From: Paraspadella gotoi
Taxonomy: Eukaryota; Animalia; Chaetognatha
Length of the DNA stretch: 63,996 nt
NCBI GenBank assembly: GCA_051294375.1
Contig: CM119263.1
Span: forward strand, 27,552,568-27,616,563
Reading direction: 5' to 3'
The notes beneath the pieces were generated by a model. The model was given only the letters and a program-made list of their open reading frames with translations. It was not told where the DNA came from and made no database searches. The position numbers were made by a program, and so were the translations under genes. Below are positions 1 through 14,440 of the stretch, one piece after another (the stretch's first letter is position 1; every line of letters begins with the position of its first letter).

Positions 1-478
1 GATAATCTCAACCGACAAGTTAGGACATCTAAATCTGTTTAATCTAAAATTGTTTCATAAAGTGATGAACGTCCGTTTTCTTAATATCGCGGCATATGTC
101 TTTAAAGAAACCGAGTCATTTTTGGTCGGAGATACATTTTAAATACAGAATACTGATTTATTCTAGTTGACAAAAAAAATCTCCCAAAACAATTCCTCCA
201 TTTCCATACAGAGTTGCCTAGCAATAATTCAGAGAGGAGGCGTCGCCTTATTTTTTTTTCCCGCGCTCTTTTCTCCCATTCCATTCATTCTGTCAACGAC
301 ATCATGAAATATTCCAACTCTATTCTTTCTCCGCTTTTTAAATTGCGTTTTTCTTCTTCGGACTGTTTCTCTCGCGCGATTTGGTTCTTCCCTTTTAAAC
401 TTTTTTTTCTTTATTTTCTATTCTCTGCTTCTCTATATATTTTATTTTCTCTATCCCTTGTTTAAATTATTCGTTCTT

Positions 479-509
<31 letters not shown>

Positions 510-705
510 TTCTCTTCTCTCTCACTCATTTTTTTCTCACATTCTCACTTTGATTAAATCTGGGCTGCGCATGAGTAAACTTTAGTCTAATGAAACTCGT
601 ATGACAGGGAGAGAGAGAGAGAGAGAGATGAACGAGGGTAACGTCGCTTCCCGCCATTCCTTGACGCCGTCGCCATGATTGGTTCCGGGGTTTTGAAGAG
701 TTAAG

Positions 706-980
706 GACAGGCTCACGACTCCCATTCACAGGCAATAGTTTCACGACTTCCATTCACAGGCGACAGGCTCACGACTCCCATTCAAAGGTGACAGGCTCAC
801 GACTCCCATTCACAGGCGACAGGCTCAAGACTCCCATTCACAGGCGATAGGCTCACGACTCCCATTAACCGGCGAAAGGCTCACGACTCCAATTCACAGG
901 CGACAGGCTCACGATTCGTATTCAGGCTCGCGACTCGTGACTTTCATTCGCAGGCGATGAGCTCACGGCTCCCTTCACAG
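706..980. repeat. 28-bp minisatellite, about 9-10 copies, consensus GACAGGCTCACGACTCCCATTCACAGGC
   Basis: Head-to-tail units start at 706, 734, 762, 790, 818, 846, 874 and 902, degenerating towards the 3' end. There are no unique spacers. Confidence 0.92.
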
Positions 981-1493
981 ACCGACCAATAAAAAATTCT
1001 TTATGGAAACGATAAAAAAAGAAAGAAACAAATTCTAATAAAATAGCGAATAAGAGATGGAAAAAAACCACTGAAAACATTTGTGGCAGCTCAAAAAAAA
1101 AGTTATGGAAAGAGAAACAATTTTTTTATTCTGTTTTTCATTTCAGGAAAGAGAAAAAAAATAAACGCGGAATTTTTTGTCCAAAAGTCGCCGACTTAAT
1201 TTTTTTGTATTTTATTTTGAGACTAAATATATCGATTTTGCTCTGAAAAGGTTTGTGTTTATATAATTAATAAGGCAGAAATAGTAATTTATTTTTATAT
1301 GACTCTGTTTTATTATTTATTATTATTCACTGTAATTGTCGACTATATATGTTTGTATGTATCTGTAGCTGATTTAAACAAAACAGCTTTTTCTTAAAAA
1401 ATGAAAATAAAAAAGTTCCCTTACGCGGTCGCTGGACGCGAACGACGAAACTCTGAAGCGATCGAGGAAACATTGGAAACAAACCATCATCGA

Positions 1494-1560
1494 CGGGGGG
1501 TTAAGTGGGAGGATTCGACATCCGGGGGGTTAAGTGGGAGGATTTGACATCCGGGGGGAA
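1494..1560. repeat. Short tandem duplication of a GGGGGTTAAGTGGGAGGATT(C/T)GACATCC unit
   Basis: Two near-identical adjacent copies in a G-rich tract. Confidence 0.7.
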
Positions 1561-1719
1561 ATAGAAATCCGGGGGGGTTCCGAGTGAGGAGAGCGGACAA
1601 GTGGGAATGGGTGGGGAGGAAGGGGATAAAATGGGGGGAGAGAAAATTTTGGGAGAAGGGAGGAAGAAGAAAGTCGGTTCTATTTTCCAATTATTCTTAA
1701 TATTTAATCTTAATATGTT

Positions 1720-1935
1720 ACCAAACCCATAACCTAATCTTTAGCCTTAATACTTAACCCTAATCCTTAATTAAAGCAATCGTAATTCCTAACCCTTACC
1801 TAATCCTGAACCCTAATCATAATCTCTAATTTATAACCCTTACCCCCTAAGCCTAAACCAAAGTGCCTAACCCTAAGGACTAACCCAAATTAATTATGTA
1901 ATCCCTAAGGACCTAACCTAATCATTAAGAGCTAA
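1720..1935 (-). repeat. Degenerate interstitial telomere-like tract (TAACCC/AACCCTA-like units)
   Basis: Repeated aaccct, taaccc and cctaa words on the + strand. Confidence 0.6.
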
Positions 1936-2633
1936 CTTAATTGGGATTATAACATGAAATGTCGTGTTTTGGGAGAATAAGGCAAAAGTTATTATATATC
2001 CTTTTCCCTTGGCACATATTGTAATTCAAGTGAATTAAGGTTGTAGAAAGAATTAAATAGAGGAAATTAAAACATCACGATTAGTTTCATGCGGGAAATT
2101 TATTCCTAGAAAAGTGGAGGAAAGATTTTTGTTTGAGAGGAAAATAAATCAGGTTCAGTCAGTGTGAAGAGATGAATTAAAAAGTGGGGGATAAAAAAGG
2201 AGGTGGTTTTAAGCAAAAAATGTAAATTAGGTTTAAATGAATTGAACGATGATACTTTCGTGTTTAATTGGGGCGAAGAGGAAAAAGGAGAAATGTAGAT
2301 GGAAAGAAGAAGAAAAATAAGAGATAGAAAGGATAGAAAGAGAAAAGCACAGAGCTAAAAATAGATTAAAAAAAAGGAAAATGATAGGAAGGAGGAAGGA
2401 GAAGAGTATTAAAAAATTGAAGGGTGCAGAGGAAAAGGGGGAAAACTCTGAATTTCCGCTCCAAACTAGAATCAACTTTGGGGAGAAACATTTCTGACAA
2501 AATTCTGATGGGAGTAACAACTGGGAAAAACATTGCGACTCAACTTGAGAAGGAAAGAAAGAAAATGGCGGAAAACATGAACTGGAGAAGCAACACTGAG
2601 AAAAAAACATCGCTGAGGGAAGTGAGTGGGAAT

Positions 2634-2696
<63 letters not shown>

Positions 2697-4263
2697 TTAG
2701 CGCTTGTATGGAGAAAGTAATTGAACTTACCGGAGGAGGTAAAAGGAGGAAAAAGAAAAAAAGCTTCTGCTTGGAATTGGAAAAAAAGATGGCCGCCAGA
2801 CGTCGCCGGGGGGGAAATCAAGCTTTCGATTTCCGTCATCTTGGTTTTCCCCTCGACCTATTTCCGTTATAACAGTCCTACTTATCTACATTTATTTCGA
2901 TAAATATACGATTTCCACCGCGAATTAAATTCTTTTCTATTTTTTTTTTTAAAACTTTTTTTTCATTCTCCTTTTTTTTCCACTTTGACAAGACTAACGA
3001 CTTTCGCCAACGCGAGTTTCTTCGACAAGAAAAAAAAAGAAATTATTTTCTTCTCTTTTTTTTTCGCCGCCCCCCCAGTCCCCTTTTTTTTTTTTTCCAA
3101 CTTCCTCCTTTTTTTTGCGTCTTTTCTTATGCAAACTTCTTTTCTTTTCTTATTTCTTTTTTTCTGTTTTTTTTTTCCTTCCGTTTTTCTGTTTCTTTTT
3201 ACTTTTTCACGCTAAAATTTTTTTTTTTTGCTTTCAACCTTCATATTTATTCTTTTACATTCTCTCCGAATATTTGCCTTTAATTTCTCTTATCTCTTAC
3301 TTTTCACTTTTCCTCACCTACTGTTTACAAAAATGCAAAATCTCTTAAATCCTTTTACTTTTTTTTAAAATAAATTTAAATAAAAAAAAATGGCGAAAAT
3401 CCTTTCCCCAGAAAAGGGTGAGTTACGATTGATTTACAGGATACGAATTTTACGAGGGTAAAGTCAACGGGAGCCTAAAACACGAATCCCGCCCTGGATC
3501 GACGACGATCTTACTCAGTCCCATCCTCTTGTCTTTTCCCCACTCAACCCCCACATCCCCACCCACCAAATCTTTTCCCAAACCACATCCCCGTCACCCC
3601 CCACATAGCCTCGCCCCCACACAGCCACAACTCCTTCGATCTCGAGTAGAGAATTCGTTGCGGATTCGATCATCGACGAATAAAAAGAAAGAAAAGAAGG
3701 AAATGGAAATTCGCGGGAAAACGAAAGGAAGAGAAAGATCATTTTCTACTTTGTTGTTGTTGTCGTCGTTGTCGCTATTGGATCTTGTTCTTTGTTGCAG
3801 TCGAGTTTGATAGAAACCGAACCACTTGATAAAGCTCCCAGTTTTTTTCACTCTTCAGCATCCTCAGACACCTGGATTAATTAGGATAATTAAAAGACTA
3901 ATGCGCTGTTTCATCAAAAATTGATATTTAACGCTCTAATGATAAACGCTGACGAGAGTAAAAGCGACTTAAGCGAGGAAGTCGACGACAACCCCTACAG
4001 CAACAGCGACGTTTAAAATCCGTCGAGGGGGAAATGTTGTTGCAGAAAAATGCGTCGGAAATAGCGTTTAACTTCGCCCCCTTCTCGCTCCCCTAACCGT
4101 TTCCCCCCTTTTTTATATCTCACGCTTGAGTGTTTTCACGCAAGAGTAAACAGTGAGACTCTATCACAAGAACTGACACTTGTGAGTTGGAATCGACTTG
4201 TAAAAATTCACTCTTTTATTGAAAAATATCTATGGTTTGTTGAAATTTTATTTTTTCATTTTC

Positions 4264-4410
4264 TGATTTGATTGATTTGATTAATTTTATTGATTTGATT
4301 GGATTGATCGATTTGATTGATTTGATTAATTTGATTGATTTGATAGATTTGATTTATTTGATTTATTTGATTGATTTGATTGATTTGATTGTTTTGATTG
4401 ATTTGATTTG
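4264..4410. repeat. Simple repeat of (ATTTGATTG)n-like 9-mer units
   Basis: Periodic tttgattga/tttgattta tract read directly from the sequence. Confidence 0.85.
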
Positions 4411-4516
4411 TTTGCATCTTTTCTCAGAAATCCGAAAAAAAAGTTGATTTTGTTTACGTTCGATCTTTGCCATCGACGCTCGACCTTCTTTCCAAATGGC
4501 TTTCCGGACCTATTTT

Positions 4517-5471
<955 letters not shown>

Positions 5472-7382
5472 TTGTCTATCTCTCTTTCTATCTCTTCCCC
5501 CTCTTCTCTCTCTCCGCCCAAATTGCCACTGCCGATTCCGGCGCCCGAGCTGACCTAGCCCCCCCCCTGCGCTACCATCCACCCCCCACCTTACCCTCAC
5601 CCACCCCCGCCCGCCCTTCCGGGTTCGACCCTGGATTTTCTCCGCATCCCGTCGTCGCCCTTTGACCTCGATGCTCTAAACGACGCGGGGGCTCAGGAGG
5701 TGGCTGCTGCGACGTCAACGGCGGGCGGCGGCGGCGCGGCGGCGGCGGCGGCGGGGCGGCGCGCGGCGGCGGCGAGGCGCGGCGGAGTCGGCACCGGAAA
5801 TGACGGCAGCCGGGCGCGCCCTGGCGTCGACGTCACCGGTGGCGCCGCGGGGTTTTAAAAGGATCAGCGCTTTTCGGGTAAGTGTCACGCGGAAAAATGG
5901 AAGGGTGGGGTCCTTTTTGGGGGGGGGAAGCTTGAATAAAAAAATGGATTTCCTTCGCCAGCATATATATTTTTTGTTTCTTTTAGCGAACAGCAGCGTT
6001 TGTTTTGGTTTTTTTTTTTTTTTTTTTTTGGAAAGGAGGAAGTTTGCAACTTGCAACAATTGTAAAAGATCTCATGGTCATGTTTTGTATTATTTACAAT
6101 TTTTTATGCATACATTAATTAATAATTAGTAATTATATGTACATTTTGTTAAAGAGAAAACAAAGTTTATTTGTTTACAAAAAACGGGTTTTTTATTCCA
6201 AAAAAACCAGTACATGTTTGGACTCTAATTTTAAAGTCTTCATCTGCGCTTATGAAGACTCGAAAATTAAAGTCGAAACATGTACGGGTTTTTTTGTTTT
6301 TTTTTTCGAATAAAAAAAACGTTGTTTGTAAACATATAAACCTTGTTTTCTAATAAACTAAAACGCAACGAAAAGAATGTCTTAAGACAATTTACATTTT
6401 GTTTGCGGCTAAAGTAATTTGCCCGAATTTTGGCTATAATGTAGTATTACCGGTTTAAATCTTAATTCTCTTTCAACGATGTTTTCATCAGTCATCTTCC
6501 TCAGTCTCTCTTCCTCCTCTGCTTAAAAAATATCCACGAAAATCCGGACAAATTTTTCTCCATCTTCGCTCGATAAATTCTCATCTTTCTCTCTCGCCGC
6601 CAGCGACGTTTGCGTCACTATTTTCTTGGAATCTCCGTCGGTGGCGCCACCGTTGTTGTGACACACGACGGCGTCTTTGTTATTGTGGATAGTGGCGTCA
6701 TTTTTGGATTCTTATTGTCTCTATTGTATCGATAGCCTTATAACTTAAATATGAATGTACATCAATAGGTAAATATAACTTAATATTTTAAACCCATCTC
6801 TATTTGACGTTACGTGCCCTTCTATTCTATTCTTCTGATTGTATTTATATTTTATATTCAAAATGCCATTTTTAGTAACTCTATGAGACACTTGGGGGTC
6901 GGTCGGTCGTTCGGTTGATCGGTCGGTTGGTCGGTATATCTGTCACATTCTTGTTATTTCGTTAACATTGTCCGAGCGAAAGACTTCACTTGTTCCCTCC
7001 AACGTACCAAGTTCTAGTCCACTCATTAGTTTTTGACCGTCTGCTTAATGAGGCGAGAAAAGAAGAAGAGGAAGGAAAAAAAGAGGTGGAGGAAGAAGGA
7101 GTAAAGAAAAGGATAGAGAAGGAAAAAAAAGAGGTGGAGGAAGAAGGAGAAAAGAAAAGGATAAAGAAGGACAAAGGAGAGGAGGAAAGTAAGAAAAGGG
7201 AAAAGTGGAAAAAGGTGAAGAAGCAACTTAAAAGAGAAAAAAGGCAGAAAGAAAAGAATTTCAATAAGAAATGGCAATTTCAAAGTTTTACATAGTATTG
7301 ACTATATACAAATGGAGCATCTCATAGAATTCGACCTTTGTACCATGTCATAATCAAAATGAACCAGTGTTACACGAGTTAT

Positions 7383-7527
7383 ACGCATTTAAAACGTTAG
7401 TAGGAGAGACCGAAGACAGTCGAAAGGCCAGACCAAAAGATAGGCCAAAGTCCACGCAGAAGAAGAGACTGACAGACAGACCAAAAAGTTATTTATAGAG
7501 TTCTTCGCGAGTACTCGCGGCGAAACA
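7383..7527 (-). mobile_element. Partial copy (5' end) of the HINE-like dispersed repeat
   Basis: Contains GCGAGTACTCGCGGCG, ttatagagtt and (GACA/GACC)n-like units, matching the 50.5-50.8 kb copy. A further fragment with (GGTC)n lies at ~6870-6945 on +. Confidence 0.6.
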
Positions 7528-9433
7528 GAGATCACAGGGAAAAAAAGATGATTGAAGAGAAAGGAATCACGAGGATCATTCGGTCGGAGGACGAGGAAAA
7601 TCAGGCGACAAGAAAAAACTAGAGCAAGAACAACAACAACAACAACGACGACGACGACAAAAAAAAAGACGACGGGCAAAAATGAGTCGGTCAACGAAGT
7701 GGAAAACCGAAAACAGTGAAAGTCACGGGCAGATGTGAAAAAAAGGGTCAGTGAAAAAAAAAGGTGTGGAAGGAAAATGGAGCGTGAAGAATTCTGAGCT
7801 GGTCAAAAGGGAAAAACGGTTGCCGATGGAGAATTGGAGACCGAAGAGAGAGTAAAAACGTGGAGAAATGGAGCGGGTAAATGGACAGAAATGAAATGGA
7901 AGTCAGAAAATGGAGATGGAACTAAGTTAGCGAATTAATAAATATCGTAGTTAGAATTGGGGGGAAAATTTTATTTATATAAAAAAGTGAAAATTCACGT
8001 TTTAATTTTGGTGTCATGATTCATGTGCAAAGGTCAAACCTGTTATATTCGTAATTTGATTGGAATAATATTAAAACAGAATACCAATCAAAAGTCCTCT
8101 ACTAAAAAGGGTTTAAGTGAACGTAAGGAGAGACCCTGTGAATTGTGAATCGAAGCAAAAGTAGGCGTGACGAGATAATCCTTGAGAAGAAAGACGCCTG
8201 ACGCCTGAGCCGGCCTGATGGATAAGCGGCGACCGGCCCGATTCCCAAACCCTAATTCCCTCTGAGTCAGACCGACCGATCGGACCGGCCGGCGTCTTTT
8301 TACGACGACAAGGCGACTGGCGTCATTCAAGTCCTTAATTCCAGTGTCCGACTCCTTTCCGAAGGCCGCTTCGCTTTCAGATCCTTAAATCTGGTGATTG
8401 GCGCCTTTAAAGACTCTTAATCTTCGATCGGGTAAAACCTATAATGGCTTTTGGATTAAAGCTATTATTGGGAAAACAGTAACACTTTCGTATTGTATTT
8501 CGACGAATGTGCGTATAATTTTAGTTTAATTTTGAGATAAATTAGTTGGAAATAAAAATAGAATAAAAAACAAACAAAAAAATCCCGTTTAGCCAAACAA
8601 GACTCGAAACATATGGCTACATCGACTGCAACCCAATCCTTCCCTTTCCTTTCTATGAAAAATGGCGCGCGTCGCCTAGTAACCCGAAGTTTATTTCTTC
8701 TCCCTTCCCTCCTTCCTCCCCACGCCAAACCCAATGCCGTTAACATTTTGCAAAACGTCGCGATGGAAGAGAAATATCGGAAAATCGGAGAAAATGGAGA
8801 CGAGAGTGAGAAACTCAAGGGTTGGGAGTGGAGCCGTCGGCGCATGCGCGGTCACGTGCGTCGAAGATATTCGTGGAAATGGAACGGGAAAACTCCGTGC
8901 AAAGAGGGCGGCGAACAAAAGTGACGATCGGAAAACGGTATTTATAGAATCATCGTCAAAGTTAAAGATCGATTCTTATTTTTTTGTTCCAATTAAATTA
9001 AATAATTAAAAACTATTAGTAATCATTAAAACATAAACTTGTCTATCATTACAGTTAAAGCCCTTCATTTACTACATGGAGCACGTTACATGAAACATAT
9101 TAAGAAAGTGATATCATTTAATATATTATTACTTTCCTCAGCAAAATTAACTACCTTTTAGAACTTAGTATTTAGTTATGAAATAGCTTCAATTTTTATT
9201 ACTTAAGGCGAGAAGCATAATCGTAGGCGCGTGAGAAAACGTCTAAACCCAGCGAAACCTTTCACTTCTCTGAATGGGCGGCCGGTGACGTCACCCAACT
9301 TTCATTCACTTCCGTCGAAGTCTTTATGAAGTCAGAAAAAATTTTTATAAAAGAAATTTAAGATGTTTATCAACTTTCCTTTTAGTGTGATAAAGGGCAA
9401 GGCGCGGAACGAAAAAAAAAAATATCGTTTTGT

Positions 9434-9760
9434 TTTTAGTTGCGTCACGAGTACTCGCGTAGTCACTTTTCGGTCGGTCTGTCGGTCCGTCCACTTATAT
9501 TAAAAATGCATATAGTTGTTAAGACAGAAAAAAACCTCAAATCTACGTGACTGATAGCGCCGACTTCAGGAATTCCTAAAACTATAAGGAATAAAAGACG
9601 GAATTTTGATGCAGTGCATATCATAGATACATGGGCAAAAAAAGTTTTTTGGTCATGTCATGTTATGTCATATATTATCATGTGATCAAAGGGAAATATA
9701 CTTGTGAAAACAAAGTTACTGCGGCGCAACACATTGAAATTACCGTTCTGGTTATTATTT
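9434..9760 (+). mobile_element. Helentron-associated (HINE/DINE-like) non-autonomous element
   Basis: Starts in a T-run (tttttagTTGCG) and contains the palindrome CGAGTACTCG, a (GTCG/GTCC)n microsatellite and a conserved core (aagacagaaaaaaacctcaaatc...agcgccg...taaaactata...tttgatgcagtgc). It ends with a 3' subterminal inverted repeat GCGGCGCAAC and a short gaa-ttaccg-ttc stem-loop. Homologous copies occur elsewhere in the window. Confidence 0.7.
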
Positions 9761-9769
9761 AATTCGTCA

Positions 9770-9848
<79 letters not shown>

Positions 9849-10888
9849 AAAGCAAAAAGAACGGGAGGGTGATTGAGATAACCAATTGCGATGCTAGAGA
9901 TTGCTGAAGGCGAAAACGTTTTCGCCGCGCAATCACCCAATGGCAATCGTGCTTTCTCGGGCGTCGTTTTGCCATTCTGCCATCTGTGGCCCGAGCTTTG
10001 GTCAATTAACGAGAGCAGCTAAGGAAATTATGCCATCTGGCTTTAGTGCACGTATGCATTGGACAATGTACATAGGTGCATTAAGAAAGGGAAAAAAAGT
10101 ACACGCTAAAAAATGAACAAAGCATTTTCACATTCACCGAACTTTTTCACGCATTCACACAAGAAATACGCACGGAACTCTGCTCAAATAGATTCGCATA
10201 GACGAAGATCTAAACATACGTGCAACGTCGCAACCGCGAGCTTTTGCACGCTTGTCGCAAAAAAAGAAATTGTCTTTTGTTTACAATGATCTGTGCTTTC
10301 GGCGTAAAGCGGGAAATCGCAAGGGAAAAACCTGACACGTTTATTTTTTTTTATTTTATTATTGCGCCAACTTTTGTTTTTTATTTTAACCTTTTTTTTT
10401 GTTCTTTTCCCAATTTTTATATTTTGGAACAAGTAACAGCTCACCACAAGCCCCCACCTCCAACTCACTACTAACACCTAACACCTAACGCTATTCGCAA
10501 CCCACGAGCACTTGTTGGATTAGTTATTATTTTCCGCAATCCGCTTTAGTTTCTTAAAATTCCAAGTTTTCGGCGAAAGGATTCGTGAAAACCAAAAAAA
10601 TGGAGGAACCTTTTATGCGCATCACAAAAAAGTCTAAAAATTTCCGAAATTTTTTCTTGTCAAAAATGTTGTGAACTCATTGCCGTTGCTGGAGTTAAGA
10701 ATATATATTTATAAATATATATAATGTAAATTATTTTAGTTTCAACATTTGATGTTTCCATGTTTAAGTTTTAAGGTTTATCGATTAGGATTTTAGGTTT
10801 AAGGTTGTGGTATAATCCTTTCTTTTCGTTGTGTAATAATTAGAAGAGTTTGAAATGAATTTTCAACAACGATTTTATTTTAATAAAA

Positions 10889-10930
10889 AACGGACATGTT
10901 TCGGCTTAACGACAAGCCTTCATCAGCATT
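10889..10930 (-). ncRNA. Minimal type I hammerhead ribozyme (inverted copy)
   Basis: The reverse complement reads aatg-CTGATGA-a-GGCTT-gtcgtt-AAGCC-GAAACATGTC-cgtt. It differs from the + copy only in loop II. Confidence 0.8.
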
Positions 10931-10948
10931 AAAAAAGTTAAGTTTTTT

Positions 10949-10990
10949 AATGCTGATGAAGGCTTGTAGTTAAGCCGAAACATGTCCGTT
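10949..10990 (+). ncRNA. Minimal type I hammerhead ribozyme (Penelope-like-element type)
   Basis: aatg-CTGATGA-a-GGCTT-gtagtt-AAGCC-GAAAC-AT-GTC-cgtt. This gives the CUGAUGA and GAAA core boxes, a 5-bp helix II, a palindromic ACAUGU helix III, a GUC cleavage triplet and a short helix I (aaug/cguu). Confidence 0.8.
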
Positions 10991-11443
10991 TTTTATTAAA
11001 ATAAAATCGTTGTTGAAAAAATTCATTTCAAACTCTTCTCGGTTTAAGGTTTAAGATTTAGGGTTTAGTGTTTACGGTTTAGGGTTTAGGATTTAGGGTT
11101 TAAGTTAAAGGTTTAAGGTTTAAGATTTCAATGAGGTTTCGGGTTTCAGGTTTAAGAGTTGAGTTAAGATTTAAGATTTAAGGTTTAAGGTGAAAAGGTT
11201 AAAAATATAAAGTTTGAGTTTTAAACATTAAGGATATAATTTTTTCTATTTTTATAATTGGATGAACAATCGAGATATACATAAAAATTAAGCGACGCCT
11301 TTACTGATGCGTTCGCTTATTGAAAACGAGAAGGAGTTTCCTTTTTTAATTGTTCTACAAACGTGTTACTTACAGATTTATTATCATGAAAATCATATTT
11401 ATCCTCTTATTTCTCTGACGTCAAGGAAAAAAGAGCGGACAAA

Positions 11444-11494
<51 letters not shown>

Positions 11495-12759
11495 GATTTA
11501 TGTTCAGCCGCGGATTCGTTTTCATCCGCCATTTGTCACAATATTCCGCTGCTTCGGTCATAACCACCCGGCTCCACCAACCACCCTTCATTATATTTCT
11601 AACCAAACATCAACCACCACTATATCCACCCACAAACCCACCCACGATTCAACCACCCACGCGCTCTTTCCGTCCACCCATTAAACTCTCGAACGGCCGA
11701 ACTTCGTCGCGCAGATTTTTTTTATTCGGAAGATTCCGAATTTGATTAGCAGAAACTGATGCTCATTTATTTTTTTTTCCTAACTGAACATATTGGAATG
11801 GATTTATTGAAGATTAGCTTTTGTGATGGAAATTAAATTGTAAATAAATTTTTCTATTTCTATTTGTTCTATTTGTTTTTTCAATTTAGGTCAATATACC
11901 CACAAATACAATAGGAACAGTTACTCAAAAATCGAATTAATTTTTCACGAATAGTAGAGCTCTCTCTACGATGTGAAAAATAGAGAAACAGAGAGAGAGA
12001 GAGAGAGACTCTTTCTCCATGGGGCGAAAGCGGAATCCGATACCCAACGTCACGCGAGATTTGAACCAAGGAGAAAATCACTTGTCAGTTCTGTCACCTC
12101 ATTGCGCCTGCGCGTTGAGGCGTTAGCAACGTGAGACGGAGTTGTGGTCCGTCGTTGTCGGTTTTTTTTTTCTTCAATTCACCGCCAAGATTATTTTTTG
12201 TTTTGATTGTTTCTTTGTTCGTTGTTTATGTAATCTCGCGGATGTAAACAATTATTTTTGGATTTAAACAATAGAAAATACGACTAAACGTTAAGAAACA
12301 GAAGAGAGAAATAGAGATGGAGAAATGATTGTACAGAGGATGTGATTTCTGTGGCGCCTGATGTAATGTAATGTATGTATGGATGTAATTGATCTGAATT
12401 ATTTTTTTCGTCTCGGTCTAGACTTTTTCCAAATGACGCGCCCCCGGATGTAATCGACCATAATAGTTGTTTTCATCCGACCAAGGATGTTATTCAGCGA
12501 AAACAACGTGCAGTTTCATGAAGCGCGTTGTCGGTCTATCTCCTCAAATTTTCGGCCATTTTTTAAAAAAAATTGATGACGTCAAGGGGGCGTGGCTCAA
12601 ATCGTTCGCGTCGTCTAAATTTCGTCCCTGTCGATTCGGACGAGGCCGTTCGAAGGCTCGAGTCGCTGCGAAGGACGAATCTGTGAGAACGAGGCTGGGA
12701 GAGAGAATATGAGAAGGACTAAATATGGTCTGCTGTATGGGGAGCACAGAAAGTTAATG

Positions 12760-13465
12760 AGCATGGGTTCAATGTTAATTGGATAATCTTTTTGATGAAA
12801 CCATTTAGAAAAGTAATAACAAACGTTGAGTAACGATCGATTTTGAATTAATTTTTTTTACTATAATTTACATATGTAGTAGAAAACGCGATATTTTCTT
12901 GTTTTTATTTATTTATTTTTTTTTTACTTGAAAATAGGAAATTTTCCCACGATTCCGATTCGAAATTCTCAGAAATCTTTTTCGACGTTTCATCAAATCG
13001 TGTTCTACTTAAGATCCTACATCTTATTGTGAAGTCATCCATCTTTACTTTTCTAATGATGTGAACCTATTAGATATTTCAGTGCCAAACTTAGTATCTA
13101 CGGGTTTTGTTTGGCTTTAACTTCCGAAATATATCCTTTTGTTATCTNNNNNNNNNNNNNNNNNNNNNNNNNGAAAAGTAAAGATGGATGACTTCACAAT
13201 AAGATGTAGGATCTAAGTAGAACACGATTTGATGAAACGTCGAAAAAGATTTCTGAGAATTTCGAATCGGAATCGTGGGAAAATTTCTATTTTCAAGTAA
13301 AAAAAAAATAAATAAATAAAAACAAGAAAATATCGCGTTTTCTACTACAATATGTAAATTATAGTAAAAAAAATTAATTCAAAATCGATCGTTACTCAAC
13401 GTTTGTTATTACTTTTCTAAATGGTTTCATCAAAAAGATTATCCAATTAACATTGAACCCATGCT
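12760..13465. repeat. Inverted duplication (~290-bp arms, 12760-13053 and 13173-13465) flanking a 25-N gap
   Basis: gcatgggttcaatgttaattggataatc...catccatctttacttttc reappears reverse-complemented immediately after the gap at 13148-13172. Confidence 0.9.
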
Positions 13466-13735
13466 TGAAGGAAAAAAAATGAGCCTGGGAAAACCGTTGT
13501 AAGCTTGATTGGAAAAGCGAATCCCCGGGCGGCCGAGTATCGACGCTTGATTGGAAAAGTGGATCCGCGTTAACCATTCTCGAGGGACCAAGATTCTCTC
13601 ATTAGCATTTTCTTGGATCTTATTTTCCCTCTCTCTCTCTCTCTCTCGGTGCTCTCCCTCTCTCTCTCTCTCACTCACTCCTTTCCTCCCCAAATTTCCA
13701 AAATTTCCCTCTTCAAAAAACAACCCTCACTATCT

Positions 13736-13798
<63 letters not shown>

Positions 13799-14320
13799 TA
13801 TCTTTCTGTCTCTCTCTCTCCCTCTCTCTCTCTCTACTTCTCTCTTCCCCAGTTACGACCTCTTTGTACTCCTCCCTCTAATTAACCCAGACGCGGATGG
13901 AAACGAGGAAGAAGCGAGAAAGAATCAGGATTGCGATTTTCCTCCGCGGAAAGAAAGAAAGAAAGATGGAGGTTGTTGTTGTTGTTGTCGTTGTTTCCGT
14001 TTTGTTTTGGTCGTTATCGTCTTAGCTTTTTAAAGGGTGGAGGCCAGAAAAAGGGTAAGCGTTGGTTACACCGAGAGTGGGAAGAGCTGGAGTGATTAGG
14101 GGGAAAGCGTAGAGGAATAGGATCGCTACGAGATAAAGTGTCAATGTAAATGTAAATGTTATAATTTCTACTAGGATTTTGGGGCAAGAGTGAAGAGCAA
14201 AAGTACCGCAATTGCGACCGGTGGGAAGAGATAATGGAAAGTTTTAGGCTGAAAACCCGGAGTACGAAATACTGTGGTGCTAAAGTGGGGCTCGCAAGAC
14301 CGAAGCGGAGGTTTTATTGC

Positions 14321-14440
<120 letters not shown>

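Larger units (their letters stand above)
10842..11039. repeat. Near-perfect ~200-bp palindrome (arms ~95 bp, loop ~6 nt), probably inverted Penelope-like pLTR ends
   Basis: agaagagtttgaaatgaat...catcagcattaaaaaa is the reverse complement of ttttttaatgctgatg...attcatttcaaactcttct, with only a substitution and an indel. Confidence 0.93.
10765..11225 (+). repeat. Degenerate telomere-like tract (TTTAGGG/TTTAAGG units), interrupted by a hairpin element
   Basis: gggtttaggg, ggtttaagg and gatttaggg heptamer-like units on both sides of 10842-11039. Confidence 0.7.

Noticed and set aside
706-980. CRISPR-like array
   Set aside because: The units are contiguous with no unique spacers, there are no cas genes, and the context is eukaryotic. 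It is a minisatellite.
6990-7295. Lys/Glu-rich 101-aa ORF
   Set aside because: It arises from a purine-rich low-complexity repeat and has no supporting splice or domain evidence.
14030-14130. Possible GPCR TM4 exon (AILFLYAFPLITPALP)
   Set aside because: It is hydrophobic and follows an AG, but it lacks the ICL2/TM4 pattern and a convincing donor site.
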